64,000 nt of DNA from Octopus sinensis (lineage: Eukaryota). Below, piece after piece: positions 40,284 through 52,124 of this stretch. The notes under the pieces were generated by a model. The model searched no databases and was not told where the DNA came from. It saw only the letters and a program-made list of their open reading frames with translations. The number at the start of each line of letters is the position of its first letter. The first letter of the stretch is position 1. The DNA is taken from the NCBI RefSeq assembly GCF_006345805.1, contig NC_043008.1, positions 54,560,001-54,624,000 of the forward strand. The letters run 5' to 3'. Position numbers and translations under genes: made by a program.

Positions 40284-41404
40284 TACTATATGTACATGTA
40301 TAAATGCCCATTTTTGGTGATAAACCTAGAAAGTAGTAAGTGATAATTAGCAGTAATTGGCGAATAAAGGCAGTGTTGCCATAAGACTTGATATAAGATA
40401 CTTAAACAAACAGATAGAGAGAGCTTGCTAGGTATGTAGGTAATTCCTTTTATTGTTAAATATATTATTATATTTGCAAAAATACAACAATGGCTTCTTG
40501 ACATAAATAATCTACATAATATGGTAATGTATACAATTAATTATGTGAAACTAAACGAAAATATGCAAGGAAACTTAACGATAGAAATTAATAAGTGACA
40601 CAGAAAAATCAAGGTATGAAATATTTTTTAAATGTTGAAAAATGGTGAATGTTTTCCAGATGAAGCTGTTTTCTGGAGTATTCCATGTTATAAGAGAAAT
40701 GAAACTAAGGAGTAAAGTATAGTTGTGTGGTTTTGGAGCTCACTTTGCAATCATATTGTTTTGGGTTCAATCCCAGGTTCCTTTTTGTGAGCATATTGGG
40801 AAAGTGTCTTCTGTTAAACTTCCAGGTTTACCAATGCCTTGTGAGTGAACTTGGTAGATAGAAGTAGTGTGGAAACCCATCATGTGTGCATCCATCCATC
40901 TATAGGTGCAAGAGTGGCTGTGTGGTAAGTAGCTTGCTTACCAACCACATGGTTCCGGGTTCAGTCCCACTCTGTGGCACTTTGGGCAAGTGTCTTCTAC
41001 TCTAGCCTCGGGCCGACCAAAGCCTTGTGAGTGGATTTGGTAGATGGAAACTGAAAAAAGCCTGTCATGTATGTATTTGTGTGTCTGTGTTTGACAACCG
41101 ATGTTGGTGTGTTTAGCAGGTGAGATTGATAGAATAAGTACTAGGCTTACAAAATATAAGTCCTGTGGTTGATTTGTTCAGTTAAAGGTGGTGCTCCAGC
41201 ATGGCCACAGTCAGATAACAAACAACTTAAAGGAAAATATATATATATAAGTTAGAAAAAAAAACACTTTTTATCAATTCAATAATGAAAAATTAAATTA
41301 TACCATTTAGAAAAATTACATATAGAAAGATTAAATATAAGATAAAACATATAACAATGATTAAGTGATGTACAAAATAATAAATAAAATGTATATATTT
41401 GGTA

Positions 41405-41515
41405 GAATAATGACACGTGTTTCGTAGCTATATTTAAGAAATGATAATAGTAAAAATATTAGTAGTAGTAGTAAAATCACTTCAATATAAATATAACCAC
41501 TCTTCAGGCTAAATT
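41405..41515 (-). ncRNA. Hammerhead-like motif with long stem II and broken stem I, in a Penelope-like end (41248-41520)
   Basis: The minus strand reads CTGAAGA-GTGGTTATATTT...AAATATAGCTAC-GAAAC-ACGT-GTC. Stem I does not pair. Confidence 0.45.
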
Positions 41516-41643
41516 GATATACATGTAACTGTCCAACACATGCCAGCATGGAAAGTGGATGTTAAATGATGATAATGGTGATGATGATGATGAAGGTGTA
41601 TATATATACATACATATTATATTATATTTATATATATATATAC

Positions 41644-41682
<39 letters not shown>

Positions 41683-42229
41683 TATGTATATATGGATATA
41701 TATATGGATATATATATGGATATATATGTATATACATATATATATATATGTATATATGTATGTATATATATATATATATATATGTGTATATACATGTATA
41801 ATACATGTATATATGTATATATACATGTATAAATATGTATATATGCATGTATATATATATATAACATATATGTATGTATATATGCATGTATATATATATA
41901 TATATACATATATGTATGTATATACATGCATATATATATATATATATATACACACCACATGTGTATGTATATATATATATATATATACATACACATGTAT
42001 ATATATATACATATGTATATATATATATATATATTGTATATACATATGTATATATATATGTATATACATATGTATACATATATATGTGTGTATATATTTA
42101 TGTATATATATGTATGTATATACATATGTATATATATATGTATATAATTATGTATATATATATATATATATGTATATACGTATGTATATATATATGTATA
42201 TATGTATATCTATGTATATGTATATATGC

Positions 42230-42266
<37 letters not shown>

Positions 42267-42594
42267 CTGTGTTTGCATTGCTACCAAAAGGCTCCGCAAT
42301 GAATAGACAAATATCAAATTGAACTGAGTGGACTTTTGTGTCCTTGTTCCTCTTATTCTATTAATTAATTGCAGTCTGTTTAGACAGTGTCAGCCATTTT
42401 AAATCGACTTTGGTGCTTTAAGGCTCGTTAGCTTTATAACTGCTAATGACCTTGTGTCCTGCCACCACCTCTCCTCATCTTCCATTTATTACCTGCTCTA
42501 ATAGTCCATTCTTTTTAAAAATCTATCTCTCTAAACATCCATTATATACTTAATGTTTCTTGTGTAAATAGTAGTAATAATGATCATGATGGTC

Positions 42595-42627
<33 letters not shown>

Positions 42628-42629
42628 TA

Positions 42630-42660
<31 letters not shown>

Positions 42661-43160
42661 TGCCCTGAAGCAGTGGCTCTCATGGCTTCTGATCCTAACT
42701 GATTATGAGTGTTATCATGTACATGTTTTGCTTTGGTGTTAAAGATGTGCTACAACAAATATTCTGCTCAATTCCACAGATTTGCTTGTCCTTTGGAGGC
42801 TGACGATATATGTATGTACATCCCTGATCAGGAGCAGGATTAGGGGTTGAGCATCATAGCTATGTGCTGAGAGGGATTATCTGGAAAACATGGGTGTTTC
42901 ATTCATCATTCTTAAATTCCCGTCATTCAGGGACCTTTTGAGTGGGATTGGCTACTCGACCTGAAGAAAATTCTAAATGGGCCCCACCTACAGAATCATG
43001 CACCGTTTATCTTGATATAAGGTTATCATGTTTTTACACATATGGTTGTGGTGCATGTGCCTGGTGTACCCTTATCAGATGGGTATTCATGATTGGTATA
43101 TTGGACTTCGTAAATTTGTATTCTAGGGCAACCGTGATGGCATGCACAGCTTTTTCATTC
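42661..43160. mobile_element. ~500-bp interspersed repeat embedded in (AAT)n, copy 2
   Basis: Homologous to 25726-26274. Confidence 0.75.
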
Positions 43161-43180
43161 AATAATAATAACAATATTAA

Positions 43181-43253
<73 letters not shown>

Positions 43254-43674
43254 ACAACACCAACAACAATAATAAAGGGAACAATTACAGTAATAGGACA
43301 CATAGAAATTCCAGGTTTGGTAAATGTTCTTATTTCCCTCTTTATACATAATTTTATAAATCTTTACAGCATTGTGTCAGAATGTAAAAGATTTTGATTA
43401 TATCTTTGATTTTGTTCCATATTTGAGTTTGTTAAAAGGTTGATAGAGACTGACATTGCTGTGTGTTTAAATATCATTGTATACTTGTGTTTGAGTGGGT
43501 GTGTGGTAAGTAGCTTGTTTACCAACCACATGGTTCCTGGTTCAGTCCCACTGCGTGACACCTTGGGCAATTGTCTACTACTATAGCCTTGGGTCGACCA
43601 AAGCCTTGTGAGTGGATTTGGTAGACGAAAACTGAAAGAAGCCTGTTGTATATATGTATATGTGTGTGTGTGTG

Positions 43675-43723
<49 letters not shown>

Positions 43724-44501
43724 GTGTGTCTGTGTTTGTCCCCCCAACATCGCTTGACAACCGATGCTGGTGTGTTTACGACCCCGAAAACTTAGCGTTT
43801 CTGCAAAAGAGACCGATAGAATAAGTACTAGGCTTGCAAAGAATAAGTCTTAGGGTCGATTTGCTCGACTGAAAAGTGGTGCTCCAGCATGGCCGCAGTC
43901 AAATGACTGAAACAAGTAAAAGAGTAAAGAGTATATATATAGTTGCCTATATCTGCATGCTCTTGTAATAGTGTATATTTATATTCATCTAAATTTCAAA
44001 GTACAGAAAATTCAAGAAATCGAATAGTTTAAATCTTCAAATTGTCATGCATTCTCAGGTATATATGCATGTATATATATATTTGTTTTGTCTGTGAATT
44101 TTACATATTGCAAATACAAATATCTTCAAAGTGTTTCTGATATGTAGTGTACAGCTTACAATATATAATGTATCTTTTGTTTGTTCTATGCTCCATTTGG
44201 AGCGCAAGGTAATTAGCTGTCTAGAAAAAAAGAAAAAAAGAAAAATGAAATTTTAAAAATCTGAATTGACAGATGTGTGTTTGCATGTTAGAAAAGTTTT
44301 TTCTTTATATTTTGTAAATATTTCATATGTTGACTTTTAATTTTCACTGAAATGTTGCTACAATTAACAAACAAACTTTACTTATTGATAAATTTATTAT
44401 TTCGTGGTGTGATAATGATTTTCTAAAACTGACCAACTGTCACAAACGTTTGGTGGTTGGGAGAAGGGTGCACAGGTGATAATATGGCTGACAGTGTTTA
44501 G

Positions 44502-44900
44502 TTGGTGTTTGTATCATTGATCATCAACAGATGCTTGCATAGTATACGTAAAATTAGATGGCCCGAGCACATATGCAATATGGAGCTATGGCAAAGAACA
44601 AATGAAGTTTCGATTAAGGAGCAAATATTTAAGAAAAAGTGGAAGTGGATTGGTAGCACAATTAGAAAAGACACACCAAATGTAGTGAAAAGTGCTTTAC
44701 AGTGGAAACCGGATGGATATAGAAAGATAGGTAGGCCTAAGAACTCATGGCAGAGATCAACACAAAAGGAACTAGAGAAAGGGGGACATTCATGGCAGAA
44801 TATAAGTACAGAAGTGAAAAATTATGCAACATGGAATTCAATTATAGGTGGCTATACTCCGCGTTGGAGGGTTTAAGGCATAAAGAATAAGAAGAAAGAA
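44502..44900 (+). mobile_element. RTE-clade LINE 3' end (5'-truncated)
   Basis: CL.SIRKIRWPEHICNMELWQRT...KKKWKWIG..IRK....VKSALQWKPDGYRKIGRPKNSWQR is the typical post-RT C-terminus of RTE ORFs. It is followed by a short A-rich tail. Confidence 0.8.
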
Positions 44901-45596
44901 TGGTATCATTGATCGCTGAAAAAGATAAAATGGTAAAGGTGAAAGTAAAAACCAAAATTATAGAGAAATGTACCAAAATACCAATAAGTAAAAAAAAAAA
45001 CTTTGTGTGGTAAGAAGTTTGCTTCTCAACCACATGGTTCTGGGTTCATTCTCATTGCATGGCACCTTGGGCAGGTGTCTTCTATAACAGCCAAAACAGA
45101 GTGAAATCAGCAATCAAAATGAGGACACCTGTGTATATAATATAAGCACCTCATCTCATAAATATAGAATTGTATCCCCATCATTGTTTTTCTATGCTTG
45201 CATAATTCAAACAAGACTACATTGGGGCAGAGTTTCTTTTTTTCATATGTGGATGCCCTTCTTCAAGCCAGTGTTCACTGTTTCCAAGCGAGGTAGCTGG
45301 GAGTGGATGACCCACCACCCACACCCAATTTATCAAACAATGAACAGCAGAGAGATGAATACACTAAGAACTGGAAACAAGCAACACTGTGCATATGAAT
45401 ACTGAACTTGACATTCAAAAAGGTTGTGCAATATGTCTAGTCATGTCAGGAAGCATGGACATACCTTTGTGGTTGACTCCAAACAAATGACGCAATCTCT
45501 ACGAACAGTCAAGCTTTTGTTTACAATCGTTGAGCATGTGTAGATGTGAGGGAAGATACTAACATCACATAAACACACATTCTTATACATGCATAT

Positions 45597-46135
45597 GTCA
45601 TCATCATCATCATCGTTTAACGTCCGCTTTCCATGCTAACATGGGTTGGACGATTTTGACTAAGGGCTGGCGAACCAGATGGCTGCACCAGGCTCCAATC
45701 TTGATCTGGCAGAGTTTCTACAGCTGGATGCCCTTCCTAACGCCAAACACTCTGAGCGTGTAGTGGGTGCTTTTATGTGTTACCAGCATGGAGGCCAGTC
45801 AGGCGGTACTGACAATGACCTCGCTCGAATCTTTTTACACATGCCACTGGCACAGGTACCAGTAAGGCGACGCTGGTAATGATCACGCTCAAAAGGTGCC
45901 TTTTATGTGCCACCGGCATGGAAGCCAGTTAGCTGCTCTGTCAACGATCACGCTCAGATGGTGCTCTTAGCACCCTACTAGCACAGGCACAAGTGCCAGT
46001 AAGGCGATGCTGGTAACAATCACACTTGAATGGTGCCTTTTATATGCCACTGGCATGGAAGCCAGTTAGCTGCTCTGTCAACGATCACACTCGTATGGTG
46101 CTCTTTGCACCCTGCTAGCACGGATGCCAGTCATT
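45597..46135 (-). mobile_element. (GAT)n-tailed SINE-like repeat with internal subrepeats
   Basis: Core TTGGCGTTAGGAAGGGCATCCAGC and tail GGACGTTAAACGATGATG. Other copies lie at ~10595-10810 (+), 10820-11170, 17686-18120, 27575-27680 and 61041-61480 (-). Confidence 0.8.
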
Positions 46136-47085
46136 GAATTTGATTTTGATTGTGTGTATATAAATTTAAGTCACAATGTATGGATTCATGTAATCCAGTA
46201 GTACTCATAAAAAAAGCACCTTAATGTATCATTCTACAAAACTTAGAATATTTAGTACTACCTGGCTCTGTGCCGTCAAAATTGACGGCTAATTGTAGTA
46301 TTTTATATATAAATAAGGTATGAAATAATCACAGATACAAACATTCACATTCTTTTATTCTTTTATTTGTTTCAATCATTTGACTGTGGCCATGCTGGAG
46401 CACTGCCTTTAGTCAAGCAAATCGACCCCCAGGACTTATTATTTGTAAGCCTAGTACGTATTCTATCGGTCTCTCTTGGCGAGCCGCTAAGTGATGGGAA
46501 CGTAAACACACCAGCATCGGTTGTCAAGCAATGTCGGGGGGGGGGGGGGTCAAATACAAACACACAAACATACACACACACACACACACACTATGTGTTT
46601 CCTTAGTTTCTGCCAATCATCATCATGTAAATTATTTAGCCCTTGGTCATCCTTGATCCAGCTGATCTATGGTGAAAGACACTCCAGCCATGACTGTCCT
46701 CTCTATGATATGTCTGCTACACCAACACTCAAACTACCTCTACTATTTCCACTAGTACCACTGACTACTACTGCTGCTGCTACTACTACTACTACGGCCA
46801 CCACCACTTGTACCACAACACACTGTTACAACTAAACCATAAGGATCACCCCCCCCCCACAACCACCACCTACAATCTAAATGCAGTGTTCAGCTCTGAA
46901 ACATTAGCTTTCTCCATTTTCTTTGTGACAAAATTTAACATATTTCTCAACATAAGAATTATTTAATATTAAACTAACGAAGTTAAAGCTAGTTATAACC
47001 TCCTCCCACACACACTACACAACCCCGTTGAACCATAGCTATTAAGGACTAAATAATAATAATAATAATAACGATGGTGCTGCTG

Positions 47086-47188
<103 letters not shown>

Positions 47189-47654
47189 TCCCTACTGAAT
47201 GAACATAACTATTTAGAATATCTGTTTCACACATGTTAAAGTTGTATTAGATTAAGGGGCTTTTACAGTATTTTCTGCTTTCAATTAAGTTTTAATTTTC
47301 TCAGATTTCATAAAAAAAAAAGATTTAAAAAAGAAAAAAAAACTTCCTCACAACAAATATTGCGTTTAGTCATTAGACTTAAAGAAAACTTTGAGGTTTT
47401 TTTCCCTTTTTTTATAGAAAAGAAAAGTTTAAAATGAAATATGAGAAGAAATTTAATTTCAACTTGTTAACTCAAGACCGATGAGAAAAAGAATAAAAAA
47501 ATAAAGTAATTTTATAAATAAATATTCAGATTCGGGGCACCATATACTCAGTGGCCTCCTGGGAAATATTAGTCTGACAGTTTTGTGATCATAAGTAAAC
47601 AAAAAATATATAAAAATAGAAAGATTGAGCATTTGTGAAGAAGGTTCTTCATTC

Positions 47655-47686
<32 letters not shown>

Positions 47687-48000
47687 CATTATTATTATTG
47701 TTTTAAGCATTCACTTTTCCATACTTGCCTGCATTAGATGGAGTTTACTGAGGCAGAATATCTGTGGCTGGATGCATTTCCTGTCAATAACCTTTACCTG
47801 TTTCCAGGCGAGGTAATATTTCTCCATGGCAACTCCATATTCTCACAGAAGTAGATGACATGTGGAAATGAATAACATTCGTTTACAATTATCACATGAT
47901 GCCAAATCAAACACACACATGGTGGGTTTCTTTCATTTTTCATTTACCAGATCCACTCACAAGGCGTTGGTCAATGCTTCTATGTGAAGCACAACAGGTA

Positions 48001-48233
48001 AGGCGACGAGCTGGCAGAAACGTTAGCGTGCCGGGCGAAATGCTTAACGGTATTTCGTCTGCCGCTACGTTCGGAGTTCAAATTCCGTTGAGGTCGACTT
48101 TGCCTTTCATCCTTTCAGGGTCGATAAATTAAGTACCAGTTACGCACTGGGGTCAGTATAATCGACTTAATCCGTTTGTCTGTCCTTGTTTTTCCCCTCT
48201 GTGTTTAGCCCCTTGTGGGTAGTAAAGAAATAG
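48001..48233 (+). mobile_element. tRNA-derived SINE with Meta-like central domain, representative copy
   Basis: Head AGGCGACGAGCTGGCAGAA..GAGTTCAAAT and centre CTTTGCCTTTCATCCTTTCAGGGTCGATAAATTAAGTACC. Others lie at ~52993-53220 (+) and 6470-6680, 7650-7875, 20280-20485, 28790-29185, 32905-33160 (-). Confidence 0.8.
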
Positions 48234-48313
48234 GTATGCATTCATGCACATGTATATACAGTATTTATATTATTTGCATTTGACGGATATTTGTCCTCAT
48301 CTTGTTTGTTGTT

Positions 48314-48359
48314 AACACAATGTTTCAGCTGATATATCCTCCAGCCTTCTTCAGGTGTC
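48314..48359 (-). ncRNA. Penelope-like minimal hammerhead motif, second copy of the 24345 family
   Basis: The minus strand reads GACAC-CTGAAGA-A-GGCTG..CAGCT-GAAACAT-T-GTGTT. Confidence 0.45.
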
Positions 48360-48500
48360 TTGGGGACATTTTGAACCGGGTTTCTCATTCCTAACATATT
48401 TTTTGATGTTATTTTTGTACATTTTTGTCCTAATTTATATTTTCATAATCTTTTATTTTTTTGTTTTACTTGCAGCTGAAACCACACAGAGATTAAAAAC

Positions 48501-49947
48501 ATGAACAATTCTTCAGCCCATAGAAGGATCGATGCTATCTGTGCCAAACTTAAGACCAGCTGTAGCAACGCCATTCCTGTATCAAGTAAAACCATTGCTG
48601 GCAAAAATTTGGACAATGTGTCGAGGAATAATAACAACACTCCAGGGAATGGGAGTAGATACTCTGCCGAAGATTGTACTACACAGCACTGGTCTTGCAG
48701 TACTCAACGCAAACGAAGAAAATCCAGGAGGCCTTGTAACATATTCCATTTGTGGAAAATTTCTGAGGGTCAGGACATATCTGACAGAGAGGAGGATGAG
48801 AAGGAAGAAGAAAATGAAGACTGGCTAAGGGCTGATGGCAAAGAAATGGATGAGGAATCGAAGAATGAACGTTATAGCACACCTCTACAAGAAGAATACT
48901 CTTGTTTCAGCCAAACCCAGGAGTACTGTAACAATCAGAGTTTTTTGCCTCCCAATGAAAGCAGTGATTTTATAAATGACGACTCAGTGTTAACCGAGTG
49001 TCGTTTGCATACAGCCAGCACGGAAACCTGTGATAAAAGAGATGGGAGTCCTAATTTAAGGAGTAGTAGTAGTAGTTTTAGTGAGTTTGTGCCCTTAGAT
49101 TTAACTGTGAACAAATCCAAAGACAGCAATATGGAACACAGACATTCTCCGTCCACGAACATTCTTGAAAATTCTTCTTCGAATTCTTCCTCCGCTTCTT
49201 CGTCGTCGTTTTCATCTTGCACCGAATCGCAATGTTCTGATGTGCCTTGTCAGTCAGCTCCTGCTGTTGCACCTGGGCCCCTAACACTAGTGCATAAGGG
49301 ACCGGCAAACCAAATAATACCGCCTGTGTCCACTCCTCAACAGCAGCAACAGCAGCAGCAGCAGAAACAACAATATCAACATCATCATGATCATGATCAT
49401 GATCATCACCATCCCCCACATCATCATCATCATCATCACCATCATCATTCTCATCATCAACAGCATCAACACCAGCATCATCATAATCATCATCATCAGC
49501 AGCAGCAGCGGCAGAGACAGCAGCAAAGAAATGGTCGAAACGTATTGTTGAAAGAGTATGCCGAAAGTACAATGAACGAAGTGTTGACTATGTATGGTCT
49601 CGCAAACGGTGGTTTGGAACACCATCCAACAAAAATGGCTTCACACCGACCCTTGGTGGTCGGCGCCTGCAGTGCACTTAACATGGAGCGTAGTTCTTTG
49701 TCAGCCAGTCCCGATGTAACAACTTCATCCATGCTTGGCAATGACGACACAACTGAGGGGTCGTTAGACGCTACTGATACATCTGCTTGTGAGATATCCG
49801 ATAAAACCGTCCCAGTTGGTCCGATTCCAGAAAACGAAGATACAGTGGACATCAAGCCGAATCTACCATTGACTGGTCCAGATGAGAACCAGGAACTTCC
49901 AAGCCAGGATATGGTCCTTGCGGATACACCAAAGCTCATTCCAGAAG
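48501..49947 (+). CDS. CASZ1: First coding exon of a castor / CASZ1-like zinc-finger transcription factor (482 codons + 1 nt, phase-1 donor)
   Basis: A polypyrimidine tract and CAG acceptor end at 48475. An in-frame TGA at 48477-48479 precedes the ATG at 48501, and the donor is AAG|GTAGGA at 49947|49948. Two motifs match vertebrate CASZ1 as I recall it: DAICAKL (cf. LNAICAKL) and LKEYAESTMNEVLTMYG (cf. LRDYAASTMTEFLGMFG), in the same order. The zinc fingers are not in this exon. Confidence 0.78.
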
Positions 49948-50024
49948 GTAGGAATTACTTGCTCTTGTTTTGTTTTACATATCTTTATTTGGAAATATTG
50001 TTTCTATGTATCTTTTCAGTTGTG

Positions 50025-50245
50025 TATGGGGTGGCGCTGAAAAGTTCCTGGTTTCAAGGGTATCGTGAAAGGCCTGGTTGGAGACCCAATCTTCTAAGTT
50101 CTTTTACAGGGCTTAGAAAAACTGAAGGACTGCTGCAATAAGGGTGTGAATCTGAGAAGGGGATACATTCAATAAAATCATAATTAACAGATCCTCCGGT
50201 ATTTTCTTTAACCCAAAGCCAGGAACCTTTCAGCAGCTCCTCATA
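50025..50245. mobile_element. Mariner-derived MITE
   Basis: TIRs are TATGGGGTGGCGCTGAAAAGTTCCTGGTTT and AAAGCCAGGAACCTTTCAGCAGCTCCTCATA. It contains a transposase C-terminal relic (KLKDCCNK..NLR). A second 3'-end copy lies at ~50340-50415. Confidence 0.75.
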
Positions 50246-50560
50246 CATACATACCTGCATACATAAACATATATATTTATAAAAGGCGATAGACCCCTTT
50301 CAGTCATGAAATGAAATTGCACCTAGAAAATACAATGTTCTATAAAATCATAATTAACCCGATCCTCTTGTATTCCCATTTGCTCAAAGCCTGGAACTTT
50401 TCAGCACTACCTTATTTATACACAGTCTCTTAAGGGGGTGGGGGGCAGAAATGGGGATACATTGCTGCCGGGACTCAGTAGTTTCTTAGGGTCTCTTATA
50501 TATAGGTATATACACACACACACACACACACACCACACACACATATATATATAATATATA

Positions 50561-50601
<41 letters not shown>

Positions 50602-50603
50602 TA

Positions 50604-50643
<40 letters not shown>

Positions 50644-50646
<3 letters not shown>

Positions 50647-52091
50647 TTATATATAGAGGGCATTATACATACATGCCAGGAGGCATTGTATATACATGCC
50701 AAACGCTAAGAGGGACAATCAGTCATTTCTACCAAAAATATTACTAATCCCACCGAATGCAATTTTTCAAAGTAAGACATTTAAAAATATAGGCCTGTAT
50801 CACAGTGATTTCATACTTACGTAATCATCAGCAGGCCTGAATGTATTATAAATAAACAACGACCCTGCCTCGCTTAAGCCGATCAGCTAACTGATCAACA
50901 TCAACGAAGCACATGGGTGAGTTTATATATATTACATCCGGGTAAATGGTAAACTTTTACGAATTGCATTTCGGGAGAGGAAAAGTTTTTTCGGAATAAA
51001 AATTTAGCAATTAAGGACAACTACTTAATAAGGAAAACTTAACAAGAAATTGTCAGGTAGATAGCGTAAAAACCTCATAAGAGAAAAAATTTCGAAAAAA
51101 ATTATTTCTTATCGAACATATTAATTTATATATAGAGGGCATTATACATACATGCCAGGAGGCATTGTATATACATGCCAAACGCTAAGAGGGACAATCA
51201 GTCATTTCTACCAAAAATATTACTAATCCCACCGAATGCAATTTTTCAAAGTAAGACATTTAAAAATATAGGCCTGTATCACAGTGATTTCATACTTACG
51301 TAATCATCAGCAGGCCTGAATGTATTATAAATAAACAACGACCCTGCCTCGCTTAAATGTCTTACTTTGAAAAATTGCATTCGGTGGGATTAGTAATATT
51401 TTTGGTAGAAATGACTGATTGTCCCTCTTAGCGTTTGGCATGTATATACAATGCCTCCTGGCATGTATGTATAATGCCCTCTATATATAAATTAATATGT
51501 TCAATAAGAAATAATTTTTTTCGAAATTTTTTCTCTTATGAGGTTTTTACGCTATCTACCTGACAATTTCTTGTTAAGTTTTCCTTATTAAGTAGTTGTC
51601 CTTAATTGCTAAATTTTTATTCCGAAAAAACTTTTCCTCTCCCGAAATGCAATTCGTAAAAGTTTACCATTTACCCGGATGTAATATATATAAACTCACC
51701 CATGTGCTTCGTTGATGTTGATCAGTTAGCTGATCGGCTTAAGCGAGGCAGGGTCGTTGTTTATTTATAATACATTCAGGCCTGCTGATGATTACGTAAG
51801 TATGAAATCACTGTGATACAGGCCTATATTTTTAAATGTCTTACTTTGAAAAATTGCATTCGGTGGGATTAGTAATATTTTTGGTAGAAATGACTGATTG
51901 TCCCTCTTAGCGTTTGGCATGTATATACAATGCCTCCTGGCATGTATGTATAATGCCCTCTATATATAAATTAATATGTTCAATAAGAAAGAATTTTTTT
52001 CGAAATTTTTTCTCTTATGAGGTTTTTACGCTATCTACCTGACAATTTCTTGTTAAGTTTTCCTTATTAAGTAGTTGTCCTTAATTGCTAA

Positions 52092-52093
<2 letters not shown>
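50644..52093. mobile_element. Array A: 479-bp tandem hammerhead-containing element, ~1.5 monomers in each of two inverted arms, bounded by (TA)n
   Basis: The period is exactly 479 (50656/51135 and 51353/51832). Orientation switches at a shared TTAA (51353-51356). HHR motifs lie at 50791-50838 (-), 51270-51317 (-) and 51778-51825 (+). Confidence 0.85.
51778..51825 (+). ncRNA. Type I hammerhead ribozyme motif of array A
   Basis: AGGCCTG-CTGATGA-TTACGTAAGTAT-GAAA-TCACTGTGA-TA-CAGGCCT. Stem I is 7 bp, the core is canonical, and stem III is the near-palindromic ATCAC/GTGAT. Predicted cleavage is after AUA at 51818. Stem II is weak (U.U then TAC/GTA). Confidence 0.7.

Positions 52094-52124
<31 letters not shown>

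Noticed and set aside
49548-49598. SOBP (sine oculis-binding protein) identity from the AE.TMNE.L..YG motif
   Set aside because: SOBP has a similar helix, but the additional N-terminal AICAKL match favours castor/CASZ1. SOBP is not fully excluded without downstream exons.
49948-50141. C-terminal 64 aa of the 546-aa ORF as the normal protein end
   Set aside because: It lies beyond a good splice donor, is T-rich intron-like sequence and runs into a MITE. It is kept only as a speculative isoform.
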